Assembly: GCA_963801255.1 (NCBI GenBank)
Contig: CAWDEC010000006.1
Coordinates: forward strand, 650,898 to 714,897
DNA: 64,000 bases
Direction of reading: 5' to 3'
DNA from: an uncultured Verrucomicrobiae bacterium
GTDB taxonomy: Bacteria > Verrucomicrobiota > Verrucomicrobiia > Chthoniobacterales > UBA10450
How positions within the stretch are numbered: position 1 is the stretch's first letter; every line of letters begins with the position of its first letter. The translations under genes were made by a program, and so were the position numbers. The notes under the pieces were generated by a model, which had not been told where the DNA came from, did no database searches, and saw nothing but the letters and a program-made list of their open reading frames with translations. Positions 53,975 through 63,798 of this stretch are shown here, one piece after another.

Positions 53975-54670
53975 ATGATCCAGGCGAATTGTCGGGCGCG
54001 GTTCACGGCGGCGGATTTTCAATTCATCGTGCAGACGCTGGCGCGTTCGCCTAACGATCAAGTGTCGCTGGTCGATCTCCTGAGTGACGCCGAAACGCGC
54101 GACGCCGTGCTGGATAATCCACGACTGGTGGAGGCCATCCTTTCCCAGACGGGCCAGCTCACGATTTCGTCGCCCTTCTACTTTTACGTTTTGGCCCGTC
54201 ATGTCCTGCAACGTGCGCAGATTGCCGATCGCAAGCTCTGCGATTATATCGGCTCGCTCCTCGAGACCTTTTCACGCGCGAATGGACTGCGTTCTCCCCA
54301 CAGTGACGACGAGTGCAGTCGGCAATACATCTCTGACATGCTCATCGCGCTCACACGCGCGACTGCGGCACAGAGCTTTTTGCTGCGCGCGCACGTGGGG
54401 AATTATTCACTCTTCATCAGCGGCATCTTTCACGAAAACGCGCAGCTTCGTAGTCGTCGCGGCGCGCCCGACCTGGAGTTCTACGAAAAAGTCGGACGAA
54501 CTAACTTTCAACTCGTGGCCGGCCATTCGACCGCGCGCCGTTGCGAGTTAAATGATGTTTATGAAGAATTGGCCGATCGTTTTCATGAGGTGCGCCTGGC
54601 GCTTAATCGTCTCTCGGACGAACTGATCAACCTCGACGACGATCATCACCTTTCGTCGTTAGTCCTGTGA
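53975..54670 (+). CDS. hypothetical protein (231 aa)
   Basis: Clean ORF with no recognisable motifs. GTGA overlap with the next ORF. Confidence 0.5.
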   Translation: MIQANCRARFTAADFQFIVQTLARSPNDQVSLVDLLSDAETRDAVLDNPRLVEAILSQTGQLTISSPFYFYVLARHVLQRAQIADRKLCDYIGSLLETFSRANGLRSPHSDDECSRQYISDMLIALTRATAAQSFLLRAHVGNYSLFISGIFHENAQLRSRRGAPDLEFYEKVGRTNFQLVAGHSTARRCELNDVYEELADRFHEVRLALNRLSDELINLDDDHHLSSLVL

Positions 54671-55398
54671 ACGAAACGCTTTTCAGCCAGATTCAGCAAC
54701 TCTTCGAGCGCACTTATGCCCAGGTGGGGATCAATCTTGAAGAATGCCTGATCGATCCGAGCCGTTGCCGCCAACTAACCAGGCTGGCTGGCGCTTCCGC
54801 TCGTGAATTGAGTGAGTTGGCGCGGACTTTTCTTCGCACGGCGAATGATCGGCTCTACGTCGGTATTTACTACTCACGCTGGCTCATTCAGCAGCTGGAG
54901 GAACACGATCCGCGTGCCGGCCTGACGAACAGAAATATTCGTTCGCTGATTATGTTCGTGGAAGAGATTAACCACGCCTTGCACGCGGCTCTGCAATTCC
55001 GGAATGGCGAACGCCGGATCTGCTCGGAAGGCTTTGTGCGCGATCTCGAGCTACAGGCACGAGTCGACACCTATCTAGTCCTGCTCTTATTCGTTGCCTT
55101 CTTTCGTAAGACCCAGCGTATCTCGCGCGCTGACCGCCGGTGGCTGCGTTTCCATCTTTTCGAATCGCAAAATCCTGGCGCCTTCAAAGACGCAAACCTG
55201 CGTGGGCGCTATCTCGAGACGACAGAGCTGGCGGCGAGTTACACACGCTTCCTTGATAGCTTGAATGGTCTACGACGCGTGGAGGAAATCCGCACTTTTC
55301 GGGCTCTGGACTATCAGGCAAAAAAGCGCCGCATCCTCGCCCTGATGGATGCCGAGCCAATTCGTCAACTTCTGCCGCCATCACGCCCGGCGGATTAA
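54667..55398 (+). CDS. hypothetical protein (243 aa)
   Basis: Clean ORF, translationally coupled to the preceding ORF. No recognisable motifs. Confidence 0.5.
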   Translation: MNETLFSQIQQLFERTYAQVGINLEECLIDPSRCRQLTRLAGASARELSELARTFLRTANDRLYVGIYYSRWLIQQLEEHDPRAGLTNRNIRSLIMFVEEINHALHAALQFRNGERRICSEGFVRDLELQARVDTYLVLLLFVAFFRKTQRISRADRRWLRFHLFESQNPGAFKDANLRGRYLETTELAASYTRFLDSLNGLRRVEEIRTFRALDYQAKKRRILALMDAEPIRQLLPPSRPAD

Positions 55399-55483
55399 GC
55401 GGTTAGGCATTCGCGGCATCGCGCCGGTCTGTCGGAACAATTTACTTCCCCCTCTCTTCTCGGTTCACTTTCGAATTGAAAAG

Positions 55484-56491
55484 ATGATCAAGCACAAAGA
55501 CCTGGGCGATTCGGAGAAGCGCGAAGTGATCGTGGTTGGTGGTGGCATCGCCGGACTTTCCGCTGCCATTTATCTCGGACGCGCGGAGCGCGACACCCTC
55601 GTCATCGACTCCGGACGCTCCATGGCGAAATGGGAACCAGAAGTGCAGAATTATCTCGGCTTCCCGAACGGCGTTGCCGGATCGCAGCTCCTGCGCTACG
55701 GACGGCGCCAGGCACGGCGCTATCAGGTCGAATTTGCCAACGACGAAGTGAAAAACATCGCGCGCCGCAAAAACGGATTTTTCCTGCGTGGCCGTCGGCG
55801 CACCTACAGCACTAACCGATTGCTCATCGCTACCGGCATCTTTCATCTGCCTCCTAAGATTCCCGGCGTAAAGGAGTGCCTTGGGCACAGCATGTTTTTT
55901 TGCAAGGATTGTGACGGTTACCGTGTGCGCGGAAAACGCATCGCGATCTGCGGCGCGAACAATGAAGCGGTCGAGTACGCACTCGGCTTGCTCCATTATT
56001 CGCCCTGTATCGTCGTAGCGACCAACGGCGAAAAACCGCGCTGGAGTCAGCGGTACGGACGCCTTTTGCGCAAGTACGAAATCCCGGTGCACCGGGACAA
56101 AATTACCGGGGTTGAGCATCGCGGGTGTCAGGTGCATGGACTGCGTTTCATGGGGGCGCGTGAGGTGCGGATCGATTACATTTTCACTACCCGCGGCGAT
56201 ATTTTTTATACCGAGCTGGCGGAATCGTTAGGTGCGCGCCTCGATGCGGACGGTCAGATCGAAGTGGATCAATGCATGCGCACGAGTGTGCCGCGACTTT
56301 ATGCCGCGGGCTGCGTTACGCCGGCCAACTGCCAGATGATCATTGCCGCCGGCCAGGGCGCGGCCGCCGCACAGGCGATCAATCGGGATTTGTTCGAGGA
56401 AAACATCAAGACCGATTCGTTGCGTCGCTTTCGCAAGGTGCAACTGAAGAAGGAAAGGACTGTGCCGGAGGAGGCTCGGCCTAACGACTAA
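55484..56491 (+). CDS. NAD(P)/FAD-dependent oxidoreductase, thioredoxin-reductase-like
   Basis: ORF 55349..56491 with the start placed at MIKHKDLGD (ATG 55484). It has the GGGIAG dinucleotide motif, the redox-active-like CKDCDG, and a second GANNEA Rossmann motif. Confidence 0.75.
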   Translation: MIKHKDLGDSEKREVIVVGGGIAGLSAAIYLGRAERDTLVIDSGRSMAKWEPEVQNYLGFPNGVAGSQLLRYGRRQARRYQVEFANDEVKNIARRKNGFFLRGRRRTYSTNRLLIATGIFHLPPKIPGVKECLGHSMFFCKDCDGYRVRGKRIAICGANNEAVEYALGLLHYSPCIVVATNGEKPRWSQRYGRLLRKYEIPVHRDKITGVEHRGCQVHGLRFMGAREVRIDYIFTTRGDIFYTELAESLGARLDADGQIEVDQCMRTSVPRLYAAGCVTPANCQMIIAAGQGAAAAQAINRDLFEENIKTDSLRRFRKVQLKKERTVPEEARPND

Positions 56492-56566
56492 AGGACTTCC
56501 CTTGGCAAGCTCCTGACTTTCCGAAGATCAGCGCTGGCCGGCTACTAAGGAAAAACGCTGATCGAG

Positions 56567-57625
56567 TTAGAGGAGAAAGCGGCCGCGCTCCATGACCTGT
56601 TCGCCGTCGAACCAGATATCGAATTCGCGGCCGACGCAGTCGATGTGCGTTTTGGAAATCCAGTTCTGGCCAGTGTGCTCGGCGTAAGGATGGCCAAAGG
56701 CAATGTGGATTCCGGGGATCTTTTCGTCCTGGAGAATGTTACCGATAATGTGGGTGCAGGCGGTATTGGTCCCGACGGCGAATTCGCCCACTCGGTTGCT
56801 GTTCTCATCCGTGCTTGTGTAGAGACGAAAATCGTCGCGTAGATCCTTGTTTTCCGATTGGAGATTAACGATGCGGTTGTTCTCCACTTCAATCGTCAGG
56901 GGAGTTTCCTTCAGGTCGCCGTAGCGTTCGCAAAGATAATCCCCGACAACGCCATCGACGACGAAGACGCCGTTCGTGTTCATGGGGGAGGTGAAAATTT
57001 CGCCACCGGGCAAATTGCCCCATTTGTCCTTCGTGATAATGCCGCTCGTCTTGAGCCACTTCAGTTTGGGCGAAAGTTCGGCAACAAAATCGGTTCCGTT
57101 GCGCGTCTTACAAGTCACGCGCTCCGCCTTGCGCGCGCGTTCGACCAGCCGCTGGCTCAGCTCGTCGATCTTGAGAAAATCGGCCCGCATTCCTTCCAGC
57201 ATGATCTCGCGACTGATATTCACCATGTGGCCATGGCGAATGTGGTAGTGATTGACGACATCGCTCATCTGCATGCGCGAACCGAGCTCTCCCATCTGGG
57301 ATTGCGCAGCAAAGATCGACACCTGCGACGTGGCGAGATCGTCAAGAATGGCCTCGGGCATGAACTTGAGCGGTCGTCGCGCGTGATGCTCGAGCACGAA
57401 AAGACTGAAATCGCTTCCGATGCGTTCCACTTCTGTCTGCAGGGCGGCAGCAATTTCACGCGTAGCCGCATCCGTGATTATCGTGATGCGTTCGTTAGGC
57501 TGAAGACGCAGGCAGATCTCGACCGCATTACGGGCGCCGGGAAGCAGTTCGGGATCGACAGGATCTTGGTAGAAGCGATCGGGCATAAAGGTGTCAGGTG
57601 TAGCGTAAAATCGCAGTCCGGGCAA
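56567..57625 (-). CDS. aminopeptidase, M29 (AmpS/PepS) family
   Basis: 352-aa ORF with GGEIFTSP, VGEFAVGTN and HIAFG...HIDCV motifs. Confidence 0.75.
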   Translation of the reverse strand: MPGLRFYATPDTFMPDRFYQDPVDPELLPGARNAVEICLRLQPNERITIITDAATREIAAALQTEVERIGSDFSLFVLEHHARRPLKFMPEAILDDLATSQVSIFAAQSQMGELGSRMQMSDVVNHYHIRHGHMVNISREIMLEGMRADFLKIDELSQRLVERARKAERVTCKTRNGTDFVAELSPKLKWLKTSGIITKDKWGNLPGGEIFTSPMNTNGVFVVDGVVGDYLCERYGDLKETPLTIEVENNRIVNLQSENKDLRDDFRLYTSTDENSNRVGEFAVGTNTACTHIIGNILQDEKIPGIHIAFGHPYAEHTGQNWISKTHIDCVGREFDIWFDGEQVMERGRFLL

Positions 57626-57658
57626 TCAGAATAGCACCGCCTGTGCCGGCCGGTTCTC

Positions 57659-58798
57659 TTATGCATTAACCGCGTCCGCCAATTTGAAATTGAGACCTTC
57701 GTAAGTCTCGCTGACGAGATGGTCGACGACGTCATGCATATTGTGCTCGCGTTCCCAAGCGGCAATCTGGCGATCGGCACCTGTGCCGTGGTGCAGGATT
57801 TTGCGCACGTGCTCGATCTCACGTTGGGTCCCGAGTTCGTCGACCTCGGTGCTGATGAACTGCAACAGCTCCTCCATCAAATCAAGAACGGGCACCTCAC
57901 ACTCCCGTCCGAAATCGATCAACATTCCTTCTAATCCATAGCGCGAGGCGCGCCATCGGTTTTCATCGATAAGACGGCGCCGGTAAACACGGAAAGTTGT
58001 GTTTTGCCAGAGCAACTTGAAGAGCCGGGCTACGATGGCCTGGATCAAGGCCGCCAATGCCATCGTGTCGTCGACACGCGACTGTGCGTCGCAGATACGG
58101 ACTTCCAACGTATCGAAGAATGGATGGAGTCGAATGTCCCACCAGATTTTTTTCGGATTATCAATGCAACCCGTTTTGATGAGGAGTTTGGTGAAATCCT
58201 CGTACTCGGACAAACTTTCAAAGGCATCGGGCATGCCGGTCCGCGGGAAGCGCTCAAAAACTTTGAGCCGATAACCTTTCAAGCCCGTGTTGCGTCCGAC
58301 CCAAAACGGCGAATTGGTCGAGAGCGCGTAAAGATGCGGGAGGAAATAACGCATTTGGTTCATGACGTGGATCGCCGTTTCGCGGTCCGGAATTCCCACA
58401 TGGACGTGCAGGCCGAAAATGAGATTCGCGCGCGCCACCTGCTGCATGTCCTTTACGATCGTGGCATAGCGCTCGCCTTCCGTGATGTGCTGGTCGAACC
58501 AATGGGAGAAGGGATGCGTGCCGGCGGAAGCAATCTTGAGTCCCGCGCGGGCAGCGGTGCGGGCAAGATGTCCGCGCAGAGCAATGACTTGTTCGCGTGC
58601 CTTGTTCATGTCGCCACAAACGTCCGTGCCCAACTCGACGACTGACTGGTGCATCTCCGGCTTGATCTGCTCCTTTAGGGTAACTTTGCCTTCGCCCAGA
58701 ATCTCCTGGATGTGAGAACGCAGCTCCCGCGTGACCGGATCGATGATCTGGAATTCTTCCTCGATACCGAGAGTGAAGATGTGATTCGACGTGCTCAT
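57659..58798 (-). CDS. carboxylate-amine ligase, YbdK/GCS2 family
   Basis: 379-aa ORF with FTLGIEEEFQIIDP and GLHVHVGI motifs typical of glutamate-cysteine ligase family 2. Confidence 0.85.
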   Translation of the reverse strand: MSTSNHIFTLGIEEEFQIIDPVTRELRSHIQEILGEGKVTLKEQIKPEMHQSVVELGTDVCGDMNKAREQVIALRGHLARTAARAGLKIASAGTHPFSHWFDQHITEGERYATIVKDMQQVARANLIFGLHVHVGIPDRETAIHVMNQMRYFLPHLYALSTNSPFWVGRNTGLKGYRLKVFERFPRTGMPDAFESLSEYEDFTKLLIKTGCIDNPKKIWWDIRLHPFFDTLEVRICDAQSRVDDTMALAALIQAIVARLFKLLWQNTTFRVYRRRLIDENRWRASRYGLEGMLIDFGRECEVPVLDLMEELLQFISTEVDELGTQREIEHVRKILHHGTGADRQIAAWEREHNMHDVVDHLVSETYEGLNFKLADAVNA

Positions 58799-58946
58799 TG
58801 ATCTTTAGGAAGAATCGCCAAGTCGGTGAGCCGCGCAACTGTGGAGAGACACGTGTCTTGGCCGAAGTCATCGGACGGCGGCTGAAGGCTACTTTGGAAA
58901 GACTATTGCGCCTTCGTTCGAGTTTGGCGTTGGTCCCAGGCAGGCT

Positions 58947-59318
58947 TTACTTTTTCCAATCGAGCGCGCCTTTCTTCAAGGCATAGACATAGCCAACCAT
59001 GAGGATCGAAACGAAACTCAACATGCTCCAAAAGATGACGTGGCTATGAACCATGGCATCGCGATAAACCACCGCCCATGGATACATGAAGACAATTTCG
59101 AGATCGAAAAGAATGAAAAGCATCGCCACGAGATAGAACTTCACGCTGAAGCGCGGTTGCGCTTCTCCCTGCGGCACCATGCCGCACTCGTAGGCCGAAT
59201 CTTTCGTGCGGTTGCGCACTCCGGACTTCCCAAGCAAGACGCTTATGGTCAGGGCGCCGACGGCAAATCCAATCGCCACCACAGCCTGGAGAAGGATGGG
59301 AATGTATTCGCGGATCAT
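58947..59318 (-). CDS. nuoA: NADH-quinone oxidoreductase subunit A
   Basis: 123-aa, 3-TM ORF with YECGM and FLLFDLE-like (FILFDLEIVF) motifs. Confidence 0.85.
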   Translation of the reverse strand: MIREYIPILLQAVVAIGFAVGALTISVLLGKSGVRNRTKDSAYECGMVPQGEAQPRFSVKFYLVAMLFILFDLEIVFMYPWAVVYRDAMVHSHVIFWSMLSFVSILMVGYVYALKKGALDWKK

Positions 59319-59346
59319 GAGCTCAAACCGCTCCCCGCGACGGCTT

Positions 59347-59676
59347 CTAACGCGAGGTCGTTGCCGCTGGAATGTGACCGTTCGGCGGAATCAGGGCCTT
59401 GGCCAACGCCGAGGGAAGGCCACGATACTTTTTGCCGTTCTTTTTCACCATCCCGCGTGCGACAAGATTTTGCAGTTTCTCGTAGGCGCGTAGACGCAAC
59501 ATTTCCTCACCCCCGCTAGCCGCATTCCGGGCTCGCAGGTTTTCGTGCAGAATCTCGAAAAGCTGCTTGAATTCGAAGGAAGTGCGCCGGGAGAGAACGG
59601 CGACCAATTCCTCGGTTACGAGATCTGGCACGCGACGAGAGAATGCATTCTTTTTCAGGATGGCCATAGGGCGCAA
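59347..59676 (-). CDS. hypothetical protein (about 106-109 aa)
   Basis: Clean ORF directly upstream of nuoA. No recognisable motifs. Confidence 0.45.
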   Translation of the reverse strand: MRPMAILKKNAFSRRVPDLVTEELVAVLSRRTSFEFKQLFEILHENLRARNAASGGEEMLRLRAYEKLQNLVARGMVKKNGKKYRGLPSALAKALIPPNGHIPAATTSR

Positions 59677-59785
59677 AAGATAACATATCTTGGTAGAACC
59701 GCAGCTGTTTTCTCGTTTGCGCGAAAAATAACTTCCTCGTGGTGTGCGATTCTGGCGCAGCCGCAGATATCCGCGGGATTTTCGC

Positions 59786-61582
59786 CTAAAACGGGCTCGG
59801 ACTTGGACTTGGGCTCGCCAAGGTCGACGAAGGCGAGGTTGTCGGACTGGCTGACAACCCAGGTACTTTTAGTCCTTGGTGAAAATATGCGAGTGAGCCA
59901 ATTATCGCCGCCGCGATGCCGACAGTTGCCTGGCGAAACGTCACCGGGCCAATCGACTCCGTCACGTAGCCATCGTTTTCGTAGCGCTGCGACATCACAA
60001 TGGGAGAAAGGTGCCTTGTAATCGCCTCGGGGGGCGGAAACTTTGCCAGATCGACGGTCTTGTTCCAGGCGGGATAAAGTGTCGCGCCCATGGTCAGAAG
60101 CGGGCGAATCGCCGAGTCCAGCCGCTCGTAAAGCAACTTGGTATCGACATAGTTAAAGGCCGACTCACCTCGGGGCACTAGCGCATCCGCATCGCGAAAG
60201 GTTTTGTTTTTCTCGAGGCCATTCGGCGGAATCGCCCCGGTGAGCACTGCTTTCACTGCTCCCTGGTCCAAACCGAGAACGAAGAGCCGATCGTTCAGGG
60301 CCATCGTCAGGCTAAGTGGCACCAGTCCGTCGAGAATTTGCGCGCTGAAGAAGGTCGAACCGTTTTCCTCTGTTCTAGTCCAGCCTGCGCCAGCGACTTC
60401 CATAGTTGCGAGTGCATCGGCGATCTTACGTGCGCGGGACGGGTCTTTCACCGGCAGCGCTGCGAGGAACGCCGGCCAATGCGCGTCCTGCGTCCAGATT
60501 CCACTTGTCTCCGCCTGTTCGCCAAATGTGGCCCGTACTTCATCAGCGGTGATTCCATGCGAGTTCAAGGTTTGGCCGAAGTCTTGAAGCCACGCCATAA
60601 GGCCCTGAGCCGGTCCAGTCGACGGGGCGAGAAAGTTTGGCGGCCAATGCAGTTCTGAAACCGTGTAAAGAAAAGTATCGGTCGTCGCTGCTTTCAGGAG
60701 AGGCTGCGTCAACTTCTCCTTCGATCCCGCCCGCGGCATTTCCAGAAAATCCACCTCGCGCATCTTGCCGTGCTGAAATCCGAATGTGGTTGCGAAGCTG
60801 CGCACTGATTTCAGGCGTTCCAGCTCAGCCGTGGCGAGCGGCTGTTCCGCCATCGCCAAAAGAAGACTCAGCTTTTGCGCGAACGGCTGAGGATCAACGT
60901 AGAGCAGAGCGTCATAGTCGCTTCCCAGATGTTTGGTCGCTGCTGCGAAATGCGGATTTTCCTCCAGGGAACCGCTCGTTTGTTCGCCGCGGCGACGCGT
61001 TCGGTCGAGCAAAGCCTTCAAGGTCGCAAGATCATTCGAGGCAAAGAACCAGTGATTATGGTAGACGCTCGTGTAAGTGAGGTTACCCACGGCCACCACC
61101 TCGATCGGATGCTGTTCGTAGACGACCGTCGTATGTTTCGCCCCGCTCGATTTCGGCCACCAATTGGCCTCCCGCTGCGCGATGAATTGCCGAGCTTTCT
61201 CCTCTGTGGTCTCGAAATGAAACCCGCCGATGACCACGGGCTCGTTTTTTTCCAGGGAGGTGAGGGCGAGAAAGAGATGGTTCGAGCCGAGTTGCAGAAA
61301 TTCCTCCAGCGTTTGGTGGCTCGATTGATCTTTTGGCAATTGTGCGAGTGGGCGTTGCAGCCAGGCCTGCACCGAAGGCTCCCGCCAGATTTGATAAAGG
61401 TCACTCTGGTGCCAACGCTCACGCGTGCGCATCGGAGAACTCGCCTGTGCCAGGAGCAGTGTCGACCCAGGCAACAGCTCCGGCACTTTCGCCAACTGGT
61501 TCGCGATCTGAATCCGCAGCGTCACCCAAACCGCAGCTGCCACGACGAGCGCGATCGCTATCAGCGCGAGAAATTTTTTCAT
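59786..61582 (-). CDS. membrane-anchored hypothetical protein (DUF3352-like)
   Basis: 598-aa ORF with an N-terminal TM helix MKKFLALIAIALVVAAAVWV and a Ser/Pro-rich C-terminal tail. Confidence 0.55.
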   Translation of the reverse strand: MKKFLALIAIALVVAAAVWVTLRIQIANQLAKVPELLPGSTLLLAQASSPMRTRERWHQSDLYQIWREPSVQAWLQRPLAQLPKDQSSHQTLEEFLQLGSNHLFLALTSLEKNEPVVIGGFHFETTEEKARQFIAQREANWWPKSSGAKHTTVVYEQHPIEVVAVGNLTYTSVYHNHWFFASNDLATLKALLDRTRRRGEQTSGSLEENPHFAAATKHLGSDYDALLYVDPQPFAQKLSLLLAMAEQPLATAELERLKSVRSFATTFGFQHGKMREVDFLEMPRAGSKEKLTQPLLKAATTDTFLYTVSELHWPPNFLAPSTGPAQGLMAWLQDFGQTLNSHGITADEVRATFGEQAETSGIWTQDAHWPAFLAALPVKDPSRARKIADALATMEVAGAGWTRTEENGSTFFSAQILDGLVPLSLTMALNDRLFVLGLDQGAVKAVLTGAIPPNGLEKNKTFRDADALVPRGESAFNYVDTKLLYERLDSAIRPLLTMGATLYPAWNKTVDLAKFPPPEAITRHLSPIVMSQRYENDGYVTESIGPVTFRQATVGIAAAIIGSLAYFHQGLKVPGLSASPTTSPSSTLASPSPSPSPF

Positions 61583-61664
61583 CGGCGGAGTCTCGCATCA
61601 AATCGCGTCGCCGCGAGCCTCGCCGCGCGCTCGACATTTCGCGCGGCATCGACGATCTCCATGC

Positions 61665-62834
61665 ATGAAAAGATGTGCGGGCTCACAGCTCGTTCTCGGC
61701 CCATTCCACGAGAGCGCTGTCGTGACAGCCGCGGAAGAGGCGCTTGCCAACTGTGGCGGGCAGCCGACCTGTGGTTTTCTTTTTCTCTCCGCCAGCTGGC
61801 TACCTCAAATTGCTGAAGTTCTGGATCTCGTTAGGCTGCATGGCCGGATTCCACTCCTCGTCGGCGCAGTCGGTGGCGGGCTCATCGGCGTGAAGCGCGA
61901 AGCAGAAGGCGCCGCCGGCATGTCGCTCCTCCTCGTCCGGCTGGAGGAGACAAAGCTTACGCCGGTCGTCATTTCAAACGAACAAATCGAAGAATCGACC
62001 GGTCCGGCCTATTGGCAGATGGAAACCGGACTCAGTCCGGAGGACGTCGATTCCTGGATTGTTTTGGCGAACCCATTTGCGCCTGAGCTGGAACGTTGGC
62101 TGGCAGAATGGAACATAGCTTTCCCCAATACGCCGAGCATTGGCGGGTTGGCCAGCGGGATCAACGGTCCAGGTGAAAACGGTCTCCTCCTTGATGGCAA
62201 AATGATAGACGCCGCTGCCCTCGCGCTGGCCGTCAAAGGAACGAGGATTCGCACCATCGTTAGTCAGGGCTGCAAGCCGGTGGGTGAACCTTTTACCATT
62301 ACCCAGGCGGAAGAAAATCTCGTTTACTCGCTCGGCTCGCGACCGGCTTATCAGGTCCTTAGCGAAACCTTTAACGCTCTTTCCGATAACGAAAAAGAGC
62401 GCGCGCGGGGCAATCTTTTTGCCGGTATCGCTGCTTCCGAATATGTCGCCGAGTTAAAGCGCGGCGATTTTCTTGTCCGGAATTTGTTAGGCGCCGATCC
62501 GCAAACCGGCGCGGTCGCAATCGGTGCGCGCGCCCGGACCGGACAGACGCTTCAATACCAACTACGAGACAAGCGCACCGCGCACACCGACCTGGTCGAG
62601 CTGGCCACCGTGAATGGCTTGCAGGGTTGCGAGCCCTTTGCTTCGCTCATCTTTTCCTGCAACGGTCGCGGGCAACGATTTTTTGGCGCCCCAAATCACG
62701 ACGCCGCCACCCTGGCTGAAATCTTCGGCCCGGTTCCAAGCGCCGGCTTCTTTTGCAATGGCGAAATCGGTCCGATCGGTCACGCCAGCTATCTCCACGG
62801 CTACACCGCCTCCGTAGCGCTATTCTGCGATTAG
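61665..62834 (+). CDS. FIST N/C domain signal-transduction protein
   Basis: 389-aa ORF with the C-terminal FFCNGEIGP motif typical of FIST_C. Confidence 0.65.
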   Translation: MKRCAGSQLVLGPFHESAVVTAAEEALANCGGQPTCGFLFLSASWLPQIAEVLDLVRLHGRIPLLVGAVGGGLIGVKREAEGAAGMSLLLVRLEETKLTPVVISNEQIEESTGPAYWQMETGLSPEDVDSWIVLANPFAPELERWLAEWNIAFPNTPSIGGLASGINGPGENGLLLDGKMIDAAALALAVKGTRIRTIVSQGCKPVGEPFTITQAEENLVYSLGSRPAYQVLSETFNALSDNEKERARGNLFAGIAASEYVAELKRGDFLVRNLLGADPQTGAVAIGARARTGQTLQYQLRDKRTAHTDLVELATVNGLQGCEPFASLIFSCNGRGQRFFGAPNHDAATLAEIFGPVPSAGFFCNGEIGPIGHASYLHGYTASVALFCD

Positions 62835-63769
62835 TCCGATCGAATTTTGGCTCGCGGATGATACTTGTGGTGGATCGCCTTCAGCCGCTGCTGATCGACG
62901 TGCGTGTAAACCTGCGTCGTCGAAATGTCGGCGTGCCCGAGCATCTCCTGAATAATGCGCAGATCCGCACCGTTGCCTAACAAATGGGTGGCGAAACTGT
63001 GCCGCAAGAGATGCGGGTAGACATTTGCCTCCAAGCCGGAGCGTCGGGCGATCGCCTTCACAATCTGCCAGATGCGAACCGTCGTTAGGCGGCCGCCACG
63101 CACGGATAGAAAAACCTCACTTCCGCTCCGGCGCCGGACCAGACGTGGCCGCTCCTCTTCCAGGTAGGCAGCGAGCGCCCCGCAAGCCTTGCGCCCCACC
63201 GGCACAATCCTTGTCTTGTTGCCTTTTCCAGTCACGCGGACAACGCCGCTCTTCAGATCGAGATTTTCCAGCTTTGCTCCCGCCAGTTCCGAGATGCGAA
63301 GCCCGCTCGCGTAGAGCAATTCCAGCATCGCCTTGTCTCGCAGTCCCAAAGGCGCCTTCATGTCCACGCTTTCGAGCAATTGTTCGACCTGCAACTCATT
63401 CAAGGTCTCCGGTAGATAGCGCTCAATGCGCGGCAGACCTAACGACTCAGTCGGATCCTTGATGACAAAGCCGCGTGCGCCGGCGAAACGAAAGAAAATC
63501 TTCAAAGCCACCACAATGAGTTTGATCGAGGAAGCGGCGAGTCCGCCACGTTTCCGTTCCGCCAGGTATTCACTCACCAGAGGCAGCCCGACCTCCTGCG
63601 CCCGTGTGATCTGCTTTCGTTGCGCGCACCATTGGGCAAATTCCCCTAACGATCGCTGGGTGGAGAGCTGATAATTCTCCGACAAACCGCGCTCGACTGC
63701 GAGGTAGCGAATGAAAGCCTCGATCTCCTCCTCCATTGCGCTCCACGCTATCTGTGCTCGCGTTGACAA
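62831..63769 (-). CDS. tyrosine recombinase, XerC/XerD family
   Basis: 312-aa ORF with LRHSFATHLL, GADLRIIQEMLGHADISTTQVYTHV and the catalytic Tyr region. Confidence 0.85.
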   Translation of the reverse strand: MSTRAQIAWSAMEEEIEAFIRYLAVERGLSENYQLSTQRSLGEFAQWCAQRKQITRAQEVGLPLVSEYLAERKRGGLAASSIKLIVVALKIFFRFAGARGFVIKDPTESLGLPRIERYLPETLNELQVEQLLESVDMKAPLGLRDKAMLELLYASGLRISELAGAKLENLDLKSGVVRVTGKGNKTRIVPVGRKACGALAAYLEEERPRLVRRRSGSEVFLSVRGGRLTTVRIWQIVKAIARRSGLEANVYPHLLRHSFATHLLGNGADLRIIQEMLGHADISTTQVYTHVDQQRLKAIHHKYHPRAKIRSD

Positions 63770-63798
63770 AGCAAACGCGGACTCGATTGTTTCCTGCG

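Noticed and set aside
62831-63769. Tyrosine recombinase as a marker of an integrated mobile element.
   Set aside because: The sequence looks like chromosomal XerC/XerD. There is no adjacent tRNA target, direct repeats, or phage or conjugation genes, and the flanking genes are ordinary housekeeping or signalling genes.
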